64,000 nt of DNA. Source: the human T2T-CHM13v2.0 reference genome, Homo sapiens. The notes beneath the pieces are model-generated. The model was not told the origin of the DNA and ran no database searches. It saw nothing but the letters and a program-made list of their open reading frames with translations. Positions 29,050 through 45,219 of this stretch are shown piece after piece. The first letter of the stretch is position 1; each line of letters opens with the position of its first letter. The position numbers and the translations under genes were made by a program. The stretch is taken from the NCBI RefSeq assembly GCF_009914755.1, contig NC_060941.1; one strand, 5' to 3'.

Positions 29050-29480
29050 ACAGACTGTGTAAATAACGGGGGGAGGAAAAAAAAACCCCAACTGGCCACA
29101 GATCCCGCTTTCAAACACATTGAAACAAAATAATCCCTCTCTCCCTCACTCGCTCACTCCCCACTGCTTGCTCTTTTTTTTTTTTTTTTTTTTAAATTTC
29201 CACCGGTGCCGAGGCCTCAGTGGAGCCTGGCTGGCGGCTTGTTAGAGCCTGCAGCCTACCTGTCCTGCATAGGAATGAAGCCGGGAGGAGTTACATGATA
29301 TGCCCTCGTTGCAGGCCGGGGACACAGCTACCGCATTCAGAGACCAGGAAACAGAGCAAAAGCTGTTCTCAGAGTGCGGCTGAGCGAGGAGCTACAGGGG
29401 AATGGAGGGGGCCAAGCTGCATGGAAGATTGTCCCATTAACCTGGCTTTTTACCAGGGTGGTCCTCTCCCTAACCCCTAA
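29050..29480 (-). promoter_or_regulatory. Candidate alternative promoter/first exon or enhancer
   Basis: Repeat-free, CpG-retaining island; minus-strand donor CAG|GTAGGC at 29260/29259; GTAAATA forkhead motif at ~29059. Confidence 0.35.
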
Positions 29481-30639
29481 GAATCACACCCTGCATCCAA
29501 ACGGCAGCAACCCCAGAAAACGGGCTAAGAACTCCCCCGAACAGAGCTAGATCTAGAAAGCCCAGCACAGGGAGCTGAGCCTGAGCAGCCTCTCTCCAAG
29601 GGTGGCTCTGAACTCCACATGTGTGTACAGACAAGGGGGCGACTGGCATGTGGTTTGTTTCTGGTCTTGTAGTCGGTTTGGAATTTTCTAAGTCAGGGTG
29701 GGGTGGGGGGACTGTGCACGAGTCATGTGCAGACTGGAACCCATCTCCCCCTCGGTCTGCAAGTTAAAACAATTGGGTTGTCCTTCTCAGCATCTGCCAA
29801 TGTCTCTTACTCAATCTTGGATCAAAAGGGCGTTGGAGGAGGAGGCTGGGAGGGAAATCCAGACAGTTCTCCGCCTCTGACATCAGGTCCAGCTGTTAGC
29901 ATCGTGCTGTGGGTCCCTGAACAAGAAGCAAAGTCAGGACTGGTTTGGCCAGGTAGGTGAGGATCCAGTGTTGGGTGATTCTGATCCATGCAGCCCTTAG
30001 AGGCGACACAGACGTGAACTGGACATTCTAGGAAGAAAGAGCCGACTGCCGGGTGACCTGTCTAGTTCACATCCACTCACCATTTCCCTCCTCGTTCCTA
30101 TTCTTAGAAATAAGACTCTGACGCTCTCTTTTATACAGGCTAGTCCCCTATAGGCATGTCATGGTGATTATTTGCAATCCTCCTGACTTTCCTAAGAAGA
30201 GATCAGACTTAGCAGGGTTAGTCCTCATAGCCCGAGGCTGGACAGGAAGAGAACTCCATATCCTATGTCCAAGAATATCATCAAATCCTTATGAAGCACC
30301 AGTTGTTGTGACGCAATTTTAAAAGACTGGTTCAAAGTGCCTGTCTGAGACTAAGCAGATCTGTGGGTCGAGCCAATGCCACACCCATTGTGGTCTTTAA
30401 GCTTCTTTTCCAAATTAAAAAACAAAACAAAACAAAAAAAAACACCTCTTACACATTAATCTCCATTTAACATAGAGTGTCCATGGGGTATACAGTTATG
30501 GACTTGGCACTGTATCCAGCAGAGAGCCCAGAGAAATCAAACAATATGATCTTGGCTTTTAAGGATTTATACCTTTGCTGGAAAAGACCCAATTTACCCA
30601 CCAAAGTTCAATGCCTTTCATTTCTTCAGATCGTACATG

Positions 30640-31160
30640 TCTGTAACTAAAAGCTCCCCCTTCCTTGAGCAGTCATTACGTACCAGGCACTATACTAAGG
30701 GCTTTCTAGGCAGAGGCTCTCACTTCTACAACCACCTTGTACAGTGCAAACCACTACTATCCCATTGCACAGATGGGCACATGGAGGCCTAGGGGACAAG
30801 CAACATGACCAGGTCCTACAGCTGCCAAGTGACAGCGTGCAGACCTTGATTCAGGGTGCATGTCATTCCCTTGTGTCTCTTGCAGCACTTACCACCTTCT
30901 TTCTACCCGGCAATCAAGCTCGTATTCACCTTCTATCTCTATCAGAGCTCCTAAAGTGCTCTGAGTGCCTTCCTTAGCACCGTATAACCTTGAGACAACG
31001 TTTATTGAATAAATGACTTGTAAGAGAGAAAAAGGGAAATTCTACTTATCCCTTTGTTCAAATATTTATTGAGCACCTACTATACGTCTCTCACTCTGCT
31101 GGACATGGGACCCAGGTGGTCAATCAGAGGTCCTGGCCTCATGGGCCAAGTCTGGTGAGG
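30640..31160. mobile_element. MIR and L2 fragments
   Basis: cccattgcacagatgggcacatggaggc; tttattgaataaatga; aaatatttattgagcacctactat. Confidence 0.7.
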
Positions 31161-31395
31161 CTGATTCCAGAATCACAGAAACAAGTTGCACCCATACCAA
31201 GCCCTGCAAAGCACTCACGTGCTCCCTTCAGAACCAGGCAGTGGGGACATGACCGTGAAAGTAGTAGGCTCTGCCATGGAGTTGGGTATCCTCTGAGGGG
31301 AGAACAGATCCACAAGAGAGGGAAAAACATGGAATTAAAAATCTCTAATAGTCTAAGGGAAAGGGGGGTTTCTAAAGTCCTCAAGAGGTCAAACT

Positions 31396-31689
31396 AGCTG
31401 GGCGCAGTGGCTCACACCTGTAATCCCAGCACCTGGGGAGGCCAAACCTGGACAACATAGGAAAAAGAAACCTCTACAAAAAATAAAATAAAATAAAATA
31501 AAATAATGAGCCAGGCATGGTGGCGCATGTCAGTGGTCCCAGCTACTCACAAGGATGAGACGGGAGGATCATTTGAGCCTAGGAGGTCAGGGCTGCAGTG
31601 AGCTATGATCATACCACTGCCCTCCAGCCTGGGGAGCAAGACCCTGACCCCCCTCCTCCCCACCAAAAAAAAAAAAAAAAAAAAAAAAA
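31396..31689 (+). mobile_element. AluJ with internal left-arm deletion
   Basis: TSD caagaRgtcaaact; left-arm middle is missing. Confidence 0.85.
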
Positions 31690-32362
31690 CAAGAAGTCAA
31701 ACTGAGCTAACTTGGCACAGTACATCCTACTTTATGTGAGAATTCCTCTCCTGCCATTTTATGTGACTCTTGGTCTCAGCAGTGACAGAGGTAACACACA
31801 TAAAATAAGGTAAGGACACAGTGAGATACCACTACACACCCACCAGAATGACTGCAATTTTACAAAGTGTCAGCACCTCCACCATGAGGACTGGAGCAAC
31901 TGGAACTCTCAGACATTGCTGGTGGGAGTGTAAGTAGGTACAGCCACTTTGGAAAAGGTCTGGCAGTTTCTTATGAAATTAAACATACACCTACTCTATG
32001 ACCCAGCAATTCCACTCCGAGTTATTTACCCAAGAGACATGAAAACATGCGTCCACCAGAAGTTTTGTTCAAGAATGCTCACAGCAACTTTATTCGAAGC
32101 AGCCAAAACCTGGAAGCAGGGCAGGCACCCAGTGAGAGAAGAAATGGACACACAGCTGTGGGACGGTCACACAGTGGGACACTGCTGTGCAGTCAGGAGG
32201 AGCCTGATACAGGCAATAACATGGAGGAATCTCAAAAAGTTTGCTGAGTGAAAGAAGAGTTACACAAAAGAGCGGATCATGTGTGACTCCATTTATATGA
32301 AGTTCTCCTAGAACGGCAAAATTAGACTAGGCAGAAAGACATCAGAAGTGTTGCTATGGAGA

Positions 32363-32704
32363 TGTATTAGTCTGTTCTCACATGGCTAACAAACACATAC
32401 CTGAGACTGGGTAATTTATAAAGAAAAAGAGGTTTAATGGAGGCACAATTCCATGTGGCTGGGGAGGCCTCACAGTCATGGCAGAAGGCAAAGGAGGAGA
32501 AAGGCACGTCTTACATGGCAGCAGGCAAGAAGAGAGCTTGTGCAGGGGAACTCCCATTTATAAAACCATCAGATCTCATGAGGCTTATTCACTACCATGA
32601 GAACAGTATGGGGGAAACTGTCCCCATGATTCAATTACCTCCCACGGGGTTGGGAGCTACACTTGAAGATGAGATTTGGGTGGGGACACAACCAAACCAT
32701 ATCA
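32363..32704 (-). mobile_element. THE1 (B/D-like) solo LTR
   Basis: tgtattagtctgttctcac...gagatttgggtggggacacaaccaaaccatatca. Confidence 0.9.
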
Positions 32705-33030
32705 TTCCGCCATCACGGGAGGGTCTAAGGGTGAGGGTGGACTGGCAAAGACCATGAAGACACTTTGCAGGGCACTGGTATTATTCTGTACCTATGGTAC
32801 ACTTCAGATTCGTTGCAGTACAGTGCATGCAAATTTTACTTTAAAAGAAAAAATATCTGCCATCAAATATTAAACTCGAGTGAATGATCTGAACACCGCA
32901 GTATTTGGAGAGAAGAATACTAATGTCTGCAACTTACTTGGAATGGATCAAAGAACATGGGACAGAAAGAGGCTGGAAGAGCAGGTAAGTGATAAAGCAA
33001 GTCAACTGTGGAATACAAAAGTCAACTGTG

Positions 33031-33629
<599 letters not shown>

Positions 33630-34915
33630 GTCAACCGTAGAATCTACATGATGGGTATATGGGTGCTGGTGTCAAATTCTTTCCATTTTCTGTATATTTG
33701 TAAATTTCCATAATAAAATATTGGCGGGTGGAAGGAGCAAAGAACATCCCAAATGGCTTCGTGTGAAAAGAACACTGACATGCTGAGTTTTCAGAGGGGT
33801 TTACACAAATCCCTAGTGTACAAATCAAGGGGAGTCGGGAGAGAGGAAGGGAAGAGAAGGCCTTTGGGACACTCGGGGCTGGATTTAAAGCCACCTGATG
33901 TAGAGATGCACTTGGGGTCTGAGCTAAGGCCAAAGTCAGAGCGGCCTGCGTCTGCATTCCGTTACCCACAGCAAGATGCAATTTCCTGTTCCACGAGATG
34001 AAGCACTTCTCGAATTTGAAATACCTCTCACTAAATAGCATTTTGATGAGTTAAGTGTAAATGAATCAGAAACAAATGGATTAAGTTTCTCAGCATACAC
34101 ACGGAATTGACACACACACATAAAAATAAAAGAAACGGGGAAGGAAGCACCATGGGGCGGGAGGGAAAGGGTCTCCGCTTCAAACCGTGCATAAAACCAA
34201 CGTTTTAAAAAATACTTGATTGACTTGCAGATCTCCATCCTGGACATGGAGGGCTTCTGGGCCCAGCTCTTTAATATTCAAATGACTTTGAAAAATATTT
34301 CTCCTCCTGGAAAGCAGAGGGAAGAGGAAATGCTTTGAAGCCTTGCTAGTTATTTAATTAGTTTTTTCAAAGGTAAGGCAGTATATTTTTATCCAATATT
34401 AAATAAACTTTTTTTTTAATGGTATGTTCAAAGCCTTTAGGCCTCTGATGTTGGGATTTTTTGTTCTGTCTTGTTTTGTGTTCGAAAGGGTGAGTGAGGA
34501 TGATGCTTTTTCTTGCCAAATGTTCTGAAATTGCAACATGAGACCCAGGAAGCCTAAGCAGCCACTCACCTATCAAGGAGGAGGGAGGCTCAGATGGGCT
34601 TTAGCGACCTCTCTCAGAGGTAAGCAGTGGCCCAGCTGGGATCAGAATGCAGGCGGCCTGGATTCTGGGTCCACGTGCAGAATGTTCTACTCTGGGCCGG
34701 AAAGCGATGGGCTTTAGCTCTGAGTTAATGACCCCAGGGCTACCCTTCCTACACAAGAGAGCTTACAGAAACATATTTTATCAGTCACCGTCCATCAGGG
34801 ATGATGGCAGTGGCCATCTCCCCAAGGACACTCGCGAGACTTCTCAAGTACTCAGTGATCCAGGAGAGCAAGGACATGTGAGGTCAATGGACCTCTATGT
34901 GAGGATATTGGCTGA

Positions 34916-34961
34916 GAAAACAAAACAAAACAAAACAAAACAAAACAAAACAAAACAAAAA
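34916..34961 (+). repeat. (CAAAA)n pentanucleotide
   Basis: Direct sequence. Confidence 0.95.
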
Positions 34962-35289
34962 CTCCTATGAAGGATTTTCTCTTAACCGGCCTAATGCAGA
35001 CATAAGCTATACAAACACATTGCACCAAGATTATTTGGGGCACAGGGCATGAAATAGTGAGATGGGAATAAGAAGGGCATAAAAATGATTCTTAAATACT
35101 CCATGTTTCAGTAACAGCTCCTAACAGCCCATAATTCAGTGCATTAACAAATAAATAGAATTCACACTCTCCTCTATCACAAAAGTGGTAACGACTGGCA
35201 TAAAAGTTTTCAGAAAAGATGTGTTCGGAGTGAGATACATTCAACACCAGAATCTGCTGGAGACAGAGTTCTCCAGGCTCTTCCCCTAA

Positions 35290-35490
35290 GTGACGGAAGC
35301 ATTCATTGTTAGTTGCACTAAATTGCTTCATTTAATTCTTGCAATGGCCTTATGAGATCAGCGTCATTAAACACATTGTACAGATATTTTTTTAATGGGC
35401 CACAAACAAAGTAACTAACCAAAATCACAGCTGGCAAGTGATGGATTCAAACCCAGGTCTCTCCAATTCCAAAGTCCCTGCTCTAATCAT
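35290..35490 (-). mobile_element. MIR
   Basis: cattgtacagat...tcacagctggcaagtgatggattcaaacccaggtct. Confidence 0.7.
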
Positions 35491-35769
35491 AGCCTCTCTT
35501 CCATGCCTGGCTGTACCCAGAAGGGCAGACTTCAACCCAGAAACAACTGTGAATTGTGATGGAGAGATGGGCTCTAGTATCTGAACAACGAAATTATACT
35601 TATAGGCTACTTTCTTTTCACAGAACAAATGAGCTTTCTTGGCTTTTAACAAAATTATCATTGAAAACTACAAAATTAAGATCACCCATAATCCCAGCAT
35701 TCAGAGGGTTAATCTTTTGTTTAAAATCCTTCCAAAAGTCTTAAATGTGTTTATATGCCTTTTGGAAAA

Positions 35770-35995
35770 AAAATTTATTTTATAATCATTTTGGATTTAC
35801 AGAAAATTGACAAAGATAGTACAAAGAGTTCCTTCACTCAGCTTTGCCTAATGTGAACATTTTACATAACCACAGGACATCTGTCAAAACTAAGCAATTA
35901 ACATTGGTACATTACTTTTAACTAAACTACAGATTTTATTCAGAGTACTCCTGTTTTTCCACCAATGTCTTTTTCTGTTCCAGGATATCACATTG
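35770..35995 (-). mobile_element. L1MC-like 3' fragment
   Basis: gatttacagaaaattgacaaagatagtacaaagagttcc...aatgtctttttctgttccaggat. Confidence 0.75.
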
Positions 35996-36017
35996 TAAGG
36001 CACTCATATGGTTTTAA

Positions 36018-36458
<441 letters not shown>

Positions 36459-38049
36459 TAATATTCCACTCTATGGATGGGGATACTCTGCTCCTGAAGG
36501 GCGTTTCCACAGTTTGCATTTTTCACTGTCTCATAAACACAGGATGGGCAAACTTATCAATGGTGTCCTCAGAAGAAATTTCTAGAAATGCACTGATAGC
36601 ATGTCAAGAATATGCCATTCAAGGCTTTTCATTCATTTGGCTATTCTCCTCCAGAAAGCCTGAACCCATTTGCCTTACCACCAATAAATGAGTAGCTTTA
36701 ACTTAAATTCATTTTGGACAATAAATGACTTCCCTGGTAAACTAACTTGTCCACTACCCTCGAAAGAAAAAGCTATGGGACTGGAAAGAGTTAAAGGACT
36801 TTCGAGACAGTCATGTTCCCCAAAACCAGACTGATGATTTCGAACAACCACCCAGAAATTAAAGTTCCATTCTCGTCAACTCAAGTTTGTCTCACTCTCC
36901 TCTCTGGGTCTGACAGCGAAAGAGATGTTCGGGCTTTTGGCATTTCAATCATGGAATTACTTTCGGGGTACAGGGGCAACCCCCACCGAGTTTAATTTCC
37001 TTCTCATCTCTCTGTAGTGTCTATTGAAACTCCCTAAAGGAAAAGCTTTGAGCAGGCTCCTGTGGTAACGCATGTAACAGGAAGGACAAAGGATTTGATA
37101 GTCAGCAAAGTTATAAGCCTGGTTTTTTTTTAATGGTGAAAGGAATAGGGGGAAGGAGAGAGATTATAAAACTGCTTGCATATCTAGAAATAGTTCAAAT
37201 TGAGCTTGAACCAGGAACCTGCCCAGCATGCTAACTGCGGCCATGGTTCCTTGTCCAAAGGAAGCCCATATTTTATTTTGAGACTCCTGTTCTTTGGTGC
37301 AAAACACTTTGTCCCCATGCTTAGAAACACTATAAAACGCTATATATTTAGGATAACTGGGAAAAAAAGGCGGCTTGGAAGGTTCCGAGAAATTGAGCCC
37401 TACCCCATGCTGGGGAATTCTTCAGCGCCATTCTGGCTTGCAAAAAGAAAAAGAAAAAAAAAAAAGAAAAAAGAAAGAAAGAAAAAAAAAACAAGCTACT
37501 GGTCAGAGGGAATGCTCTTCCATGCCAAGCTCAGCTTGAATTAATACACAACACAACCTCTTAAAGAGGGGCACTGCTTTAAACTAAGAGTCTCTTCTGA
37601 AAATGTAACTGATTTGAAAAAGCAACAGGAAGTTGAGAATATTCTGGAAGGAAAAAGGCTGCAACCTGATACATTTTCTTCACCCCAGTGTTTGCAATCT
37701 TGTCACTCTGGTCAAGGCCACACCTTCAAGTCAGGAGGGATGAAGCCTTTGAAGCAAAGGATGCCAGTTTCACTTCCCCAAGCAAAACAATGCCCAGGAC
37801 CCATCCTGAGCTTGCTGCCTCCCTAGGGCCTCTGTGGTCTGGTTGAGTGGCTGGTAGAACCCATTTCACTTTGAATTCTGCCCAGAAACCACAGGAGGAT
37901 CAGTCCACGGAAGAGAAAAATCTAATTGGTTACAGGGACTTAGCATCTGCCCAGAAGACATTCATGCCCTTTGTCCTACATGGTTTCCCAGCCACCAGGG
38001 AGGAGAGGACTTCAGTCCAGGGACCACATATAGAACCTGATTACTTTCA

Positions 38050-38335
38050 GCTACAAGATGAATTTGTTCTGGGGATCTAAAGCACAGCATGGTGACAATA
38101 GTTAATAATACAACATGGCTCGCTTGAAATTTGCTAAAAGAGTAGATCTTAAGTGTCCTTACCCCCAACCCCACACACACGGTAATTATGTGGGGTGGTG
38201 AATGCACTAATTAATTTGATTGTGATTAATTTGATTGTAAAACTTATTTCACAATGTATATCAAATCATCATGTTGCATACCATGAATACATAAATACAA
38301 TTTTTATTAGTCAGCTGCACCTCAATAAAGCTGCA
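38050..38335 (+). mobile_element. L1MA9/10-like 3' end
   Basis: cagcatggtgacaatagttaataata...aaatttgctaaaagagtagatcttaagtgt...cctcaataaagctg. Confidence 0.85.
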
Positions 38336-39336
38336 GAGACAAAAAAACAAAAGAGACGCTTTCTCTTGTTAGCTGATGGAGTATTGCGTTAAGTACAGGA
38401 GGAGCAAGTTACTGCAAAGAGAAACGAAAGCCTTGAAAACCAAAGCACTGTTATTTCCGCGTGTATCTTCCAGGGTGAAGCAAGCACATTTCTGTGAATG
38501 GGAGCTTTTTTAGACCTATTTGGAGATCTGTAAAATTTAGGTGATTCAACCTACCAACCTTAAATTGAAACCCAAGCCATTACAAGATCAGACTGTAGCG
38601 TTCTGAAGGAGTGTGTAAGTGTACGTATGTGGGCTTTGTCATGAAGCAGAATTTGAGAAAAGGGACCACACTGATGTGAGGCTTTACCAAAGCCCCGCGC
38701 TATAAGCAATACTCCAACAGTGTTGTGTGTGTTTGTTTTCTTTTAATTGGGAATAGTTATGCATACTCTGTAAGCACAAACTGTAAAAGAGGGAGGTTAT
38801 ACGAATAGACTTCCCTACTGTAAATAAAACACACTGTTGGGATCAAGTAAAACTTGCAACAAATTAAGCCTGACATTTAGGAATAACCATGGTGTAATTG
38901 AGCTACATAGAAATCCAACATAAAAGACAAACTTCCTAAGGAGGTGACTCAAGCCACACCTCTGGGGGCAGATAGTGGGAGGTGAGAGGGGACAGGGAAA
39001 GTAGCGAAGTCCCTGGAAGTCCTTCAGGAGGCTGAATCAGAGAGGCTTCAGCCAGGGCTCAAAGGCAGGCAGTGTGGATCCAGAATGCCACTCCTTGCTG
39101 TGTCGGAGGATTAAACAGAGTCATGTGATGCCTATTCTCAGGCCCAGAGGTGGCTTGGGAGCACCTGCTGGAAGGACAAGGTCGAGATCCTCAAATGTCC
39201 CCTTCTCTTGGTCTCCAGGTCATTGAACTTAGAGGAGTCACTGAGGGACAGCCACACTCCTCCTCCTTTAAAAACCACAAGCTGCCTTGCTACCTTCACA
39301 TCACCTGTAATGCCCTCCAATTATATATTTATTTCA

Positions 39337-39684
<348 letters not shown>

Positions 39685-40365
39685 TCAATTTCTCACAACT
39701 TGATTGGGTTGGTTCTCTGTCTACTTTCCTAGCTGGGACTAATCACTGAAGCACCCAGGGTTATTTACATGAACACCAGCTTCTAGAAAACTCTGCCCCT
39801 CCTCCCTTAGGAGGCTCTCAGGTTCCCCTGCTGCATAGACCTGGGGCAGCCACCACATTTCCCATACCCTAGAGAAGAAAGAACAAAGGGCCATTTGCAA
39901 CACGGGACACTTCAGGAGGGAAATCCAGGGGTGGCCTCAACCACTAAAGTAACATGAGAGCTCGATGCTCCCTAAAGAGCCCAGCAGAGGGGGGCAAGGA
40001 GAGTCACGGAAGTGGGTGGGTACCCCGTCCAAAGGCTGGTTCACAGTTTGCCCTGGCCCCTCCATCCTCCCACCAGAAGACAAGAGGATTGCTTTCACTC
40101 CTGGGTCATTCCTGCCAGCCCTCCCTACTGTGCCTACCTGGAGGTGGGCAGTGAGAGGGACAGGGTGGGAAAGCCTTGGCCCCAAGAGACTCTGGGCAGG
40201 GCCCTGGATGGACCACCCAAGCCATCCTGCTGCAGCAAACAGATGGTGTGGGCCGCCTGGGGACCGTGAAGTGCACTGCTCAGCTCTTATTCCCGAGAGG
40301 GATGTCTGTGTTCACAGGGCCTTATTCTACACACACCCAGCCTAGCAGCAGCTGGAGTCTACTAG

Positions 40366-41044
<679 letters not shown>

Positions 41045-41136
41045 ACATTCAACAATTAAAGAGTCTAATTTGCCAAGTATTGGAGATAAAATATGCAACA
41101 AAAACATCCAGCTCCCCAGTCCAGTGGAAGGAGACC

Positions 41137-41500
41137 TGATATGGTTTGGCTGTGTCCCCACCCAAATCTCATCTTGAATTGTAGCTCCCATAGTCCCTAC
41201 ATGTCATGGGAGGGACCTGGTGGGAGGTAATTGAATCATGGGGGCAGGTTTTTCCTATGCTATTCCCATGACAGTAAATAAGTCTCACGAGATCTGATGG
41301 TTTTATAAAGGGCAGTTCCCCTGCACACACTCTCTTGCCTGCCACCATGTAAGAGGCGCCTTTGCTTCTCCTTTTCCTTCCGCCATGATTGTGAGGCCTC
41401 CCCAGCCATGTGGAATTGTGAGTCCATGAAACCTCTTTATCTTGATAAATTACCCAGTCTCGGGTATTTCTTCATAGCACTATGATAATAGACTAACACA
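41137..41500 (+). mobile_element. THE1D-like solo LTR
   Basis: tgatatggtttggctgtgtccccacccaaatctc...gactaacaca; 5-bp TSD agacc/ggacc. Confidence 0.9.
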
Positions 41501-41649
41501 GGACCAACATTAATCAAGCACACACAGCAATGAGCTGTGACTGCAGATAGAGGTAGCTTCCTCCAGGCTTAGGAATCCCATTGTGCAAGCAAGCTAACAA
41601 AGGATTGGCCTAAAAAGGTAGCGACACAACCTGAGGGAGAAATAATCCA

Positions 41650-41810
41650 TCTGCTCTTGACTTTGGGTAGTTACTTAATCCTTCTACGCCTCGCTTTCTC
41701 ATCTGTAAAATGGGCCAATATATATGTGACAGTGGGTAGGCTTAAATGTGGCAAGGTCTTTAAGGACTTTAGCAAAGTGAAAACTCTCAATCATGTTAAA
41801 TTGTGTTAGT
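41650..41810 (+). mobile_element. MIR
   Basis: tgactttgggtagttacttaatc...ctcatctgtaaaatggg. Confidence 0.75.
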
Positions 41811-43181
41811 AGAAGGGCCCCTTGGAATGAAGGCATCGAGCTTAAGCCCACAGAGCTGGCCCCTGGGCTTCCTGTAGCAATGCTCCAATGCCCACACCCA
41901 TCTCTTCCCCTGCAGACAGGCCCGGCCTATCCCTGAATCTCAGTAGATTCTGATAGATTCCCTCATCTTTGCCATTCTCTCATTTAGCCTGATTCCAGCG
42001 AGAGCCTCTAACCTCCCCTGTTATTTCAGCCCTGGGTCTCTTTAAGCAGCCACTGCCAAGCTGTGGGGGATTCATGGTGATTCAGCCCTGGCCCCAAGCA
42101 AGCTGGATGTGCTATCGCTCAGCCAGGATATGGCTGGGAGCCCACAGGCTGCTGCGAAGAGACAAAGCTGTCCTCTCCAGCCTTCGAAATCTCCCTTCCT
42201 TCTACTGACAGGCACATTGCGGGTCCAGCCATCATGCCCAAGGTGGTCAGAGGCTGGCTTCAGCCTCTTAAAGATTGAAGGCAAGACAATCATCCACCTC
42301 CACCCCAGGAGGAAAATGAGGCAGCTGAGCAGTTTCCTCCTGCTCTCTTACTCTCATGTAAGGCATCGTATCTGAATGTAGACAGAGTATTTGCTTGTTT
42401 TCTCTTTCTTAGGAGGCAGGACCAGGGAGAGACCCAGCAAAGAGAAGGTCCCAAGCCTAGCTCAAATCTCCTGGTCCTGGAACATTCAGGAGCCGCCCCA
42501 CTTCAATGGTAATTGGCCTATTTCCATCTGGTTTCCAAGCAACATGACACAAAATCCCCAGGAACCTTATCACAGAGCCAGTGAACTGGAAGGGGCTGGA
42601 GATCGCTCTGGCCCAAACTCCCTGCGCCAAAGCATGCGGGGCGACTCAGACACAAAAGGGAGGAAGGCACAGTCTCTGCCCAGAGCCCACGGTGGCACCA
42701 AGAAACTCCTTTTACCACTGAAGAAGAAAAGGAGGTCCAGTCTTTTGGAGGCAAGACAAGGTCACCTACAGAGGGCCTCAGCCGAGCAACTCGCTAGAGG
42801 TTGTTTTCTGCATGACCACCTTCCCTGCACCGTGGATCCCTGGGGTGGGTGGTTTAGGGGCTTTCCAGGTAAGAGCCAGGGTCAGCGCCAGGAAATGATG
42901 ACAAGTCTGTCTGAACCCTTTCCGCAGACATACAATTGACCTCCTCCAGCCAAGCGCTGCTCCAGTTAGAATCTTTCTAAAACTACATAGGCAAATGTCT
43001 AGCAATTGTCATTCAACTCTCACAATGAAAGGGTAAAAACTCATTTTAATGTGTCTCCCTTGTACCACTTTCTTAGTATGCCTGAATCCATTTCATCTCA
43101 AGGACCATACATCAAGCACTGCCTTCTCAGGTACTCAACTCTGCATGCCTAGATGAAGCCACAGCACTCCAAATCTGATTA

Positions 43182-43545
<364 letters not shown>

Positions 43546-45219
43546 TGGAGTCCACTGAACACTAAAAAAAGGATGAATTTTACTGTATGTAAATTATTCC
43601 TCAATAAAACTGACTTTAGGAAGAAAATCCACAGGCTCACCCTTCCTAAAGAAAAAAATACACATATAATATCAGGGAGGAAAAAAAAGAAGGAAATTCA
43701 CACCTTTTTGCTTGACAGAAGTACGGTGCTTGCTTTTTCAATTAAAACTAAAAGGCTACTCCTTTAGGAAACAAAAGTGGGTTCAGCTCCAACAGCCAAG
43801 CAAAGCAACGGACTCACCCCACTGGGGATCCCACAGCTGGAAGGTCCCTGACCTACTTCCGCCCAGATCGCCTGAAAGGCCCACGGGGCACCAGCCAAGA
43901 GTGGGAAGCAGAGCCGGGCAGCGGGTGCAGGGTGGTGAGCAGAGCACTCCCCCTCTCGCCCCACAGGACACACACAGGCTGAGGGCAAATGATTCCCAGA
44001 CAGGGACCTGGTGAACAAAGAGGTTACGCAACTCACTAATCACTCAAGACAGCCAAAAACAGAACCTGACATCACGTGCCTGTGACCATCCCCACGGACT
44101 GCCTGTGAACTCCCGTAGAAGGTATTCAACAGTTTGTGGAATTACACTGAGCTTGAGTCGGGCTGCAAATAAAAATAAAGTCACTTTTCCCCTAATCCTG
44201 TAAGAAACTGGGCACTCAGGGACACGTTAACTCTTTCATGCTCTCTAGAGCCCATTTGAGTCTCAATGGATTCAAGGTTTGGTGGGATGGAAACATGAGT
44301 ATAGTAAGAATCATCTTAGACTATAAGAAATTCCAAAAATGGCGGGGCAAAAAAAAAAAAAAGGAAAAAAAGAAAAGAAATGGGGAAATTTTGTTACGGT
44401 CTTGCATATAACCAAGGTTTTCTCCTTGTCACGGACCAAACCATGATCTGAGTTTGGAGCCTTCTAGAATCCTGAAAACTAGCAAATCCATCTAGTGACA
44501 AGATGCACTAAAGCCCTGTGTGGTTTCTAAAAGTTGCTAAAAACTCTAGAATGGCAAACGTTGATAGGGTGGTAGGAGGATGGGGTACTGCACTGATTAT
44601 CTTTTTAACCTAGATTTCATTAACAATCACCAATTACCGTATACATCCTAAACACCAGGCACTACACAAAGTAACTTAAAGTTATCAGTGCATTCAATCA
44701 TCATAGTCCTAAAAGATGGGCACGGCCACTTCTATTTGATAGGTGGGAGCACTGAGGATACCTAGCTAGGTGATGGCAGAGCTGAGACTCAAACCCCCAG
44801 CTAACCCCAAAACACACACCCCTAATTTTGTCATCCGGCTCTCTGATTAAAAGTGAGAGGCTTTTCTACCCAGTGTGCTGAGCCCAAGTGCCCAAAGATG
44901 AACTGTTTCCATGAGTTGTCAGATTTCTGACCCAGAGATGGCAGGACAGAAGCATCTGACTGGATCAGGGAGGTGGCAGAGGCCCAGGGAAGAGGGAGGG
45001 CCTGGCGGTTTCAGTGAAAGTCAAAATGACCTCCCCAAATATGCAGCAGAAATTCTCCAGGTACCAGGCCACTGCTGGAGAGATCAGAGGCTCAAGGCTG
45101 CCAAGAACAAGGAACTACTGCCAGAAATAAGTTAAGACCTCCCCACAGGTCTCCAGCGGTCACCCACCGTTCCTTAGATCAGTCTCCACCCTCTAAGTAG
45201 AAGACAAAAGTGGATCTCC

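Noticed and set aside
28509-29066. 185-aa Pro/Ser-rich ORF; also 14632-15159, 42391-42939 and 54699-55229
   Set aside because: GC-rich chance ORFs with no recognisable homology or supporting splice structure
29695-29711. G-quadruplex candidate gggtggggtgggggg; also ~3745-3763
   Set aside because: Only three separated G3+ runs, so not a canonical G4
34365-34626. Plus-strand consensus donors AAG|GTAAGG and GAG|GTAAGC; also ~6968 and ~42868
   Set aside because: No convincing paired acceptor or promoter; expected by chance
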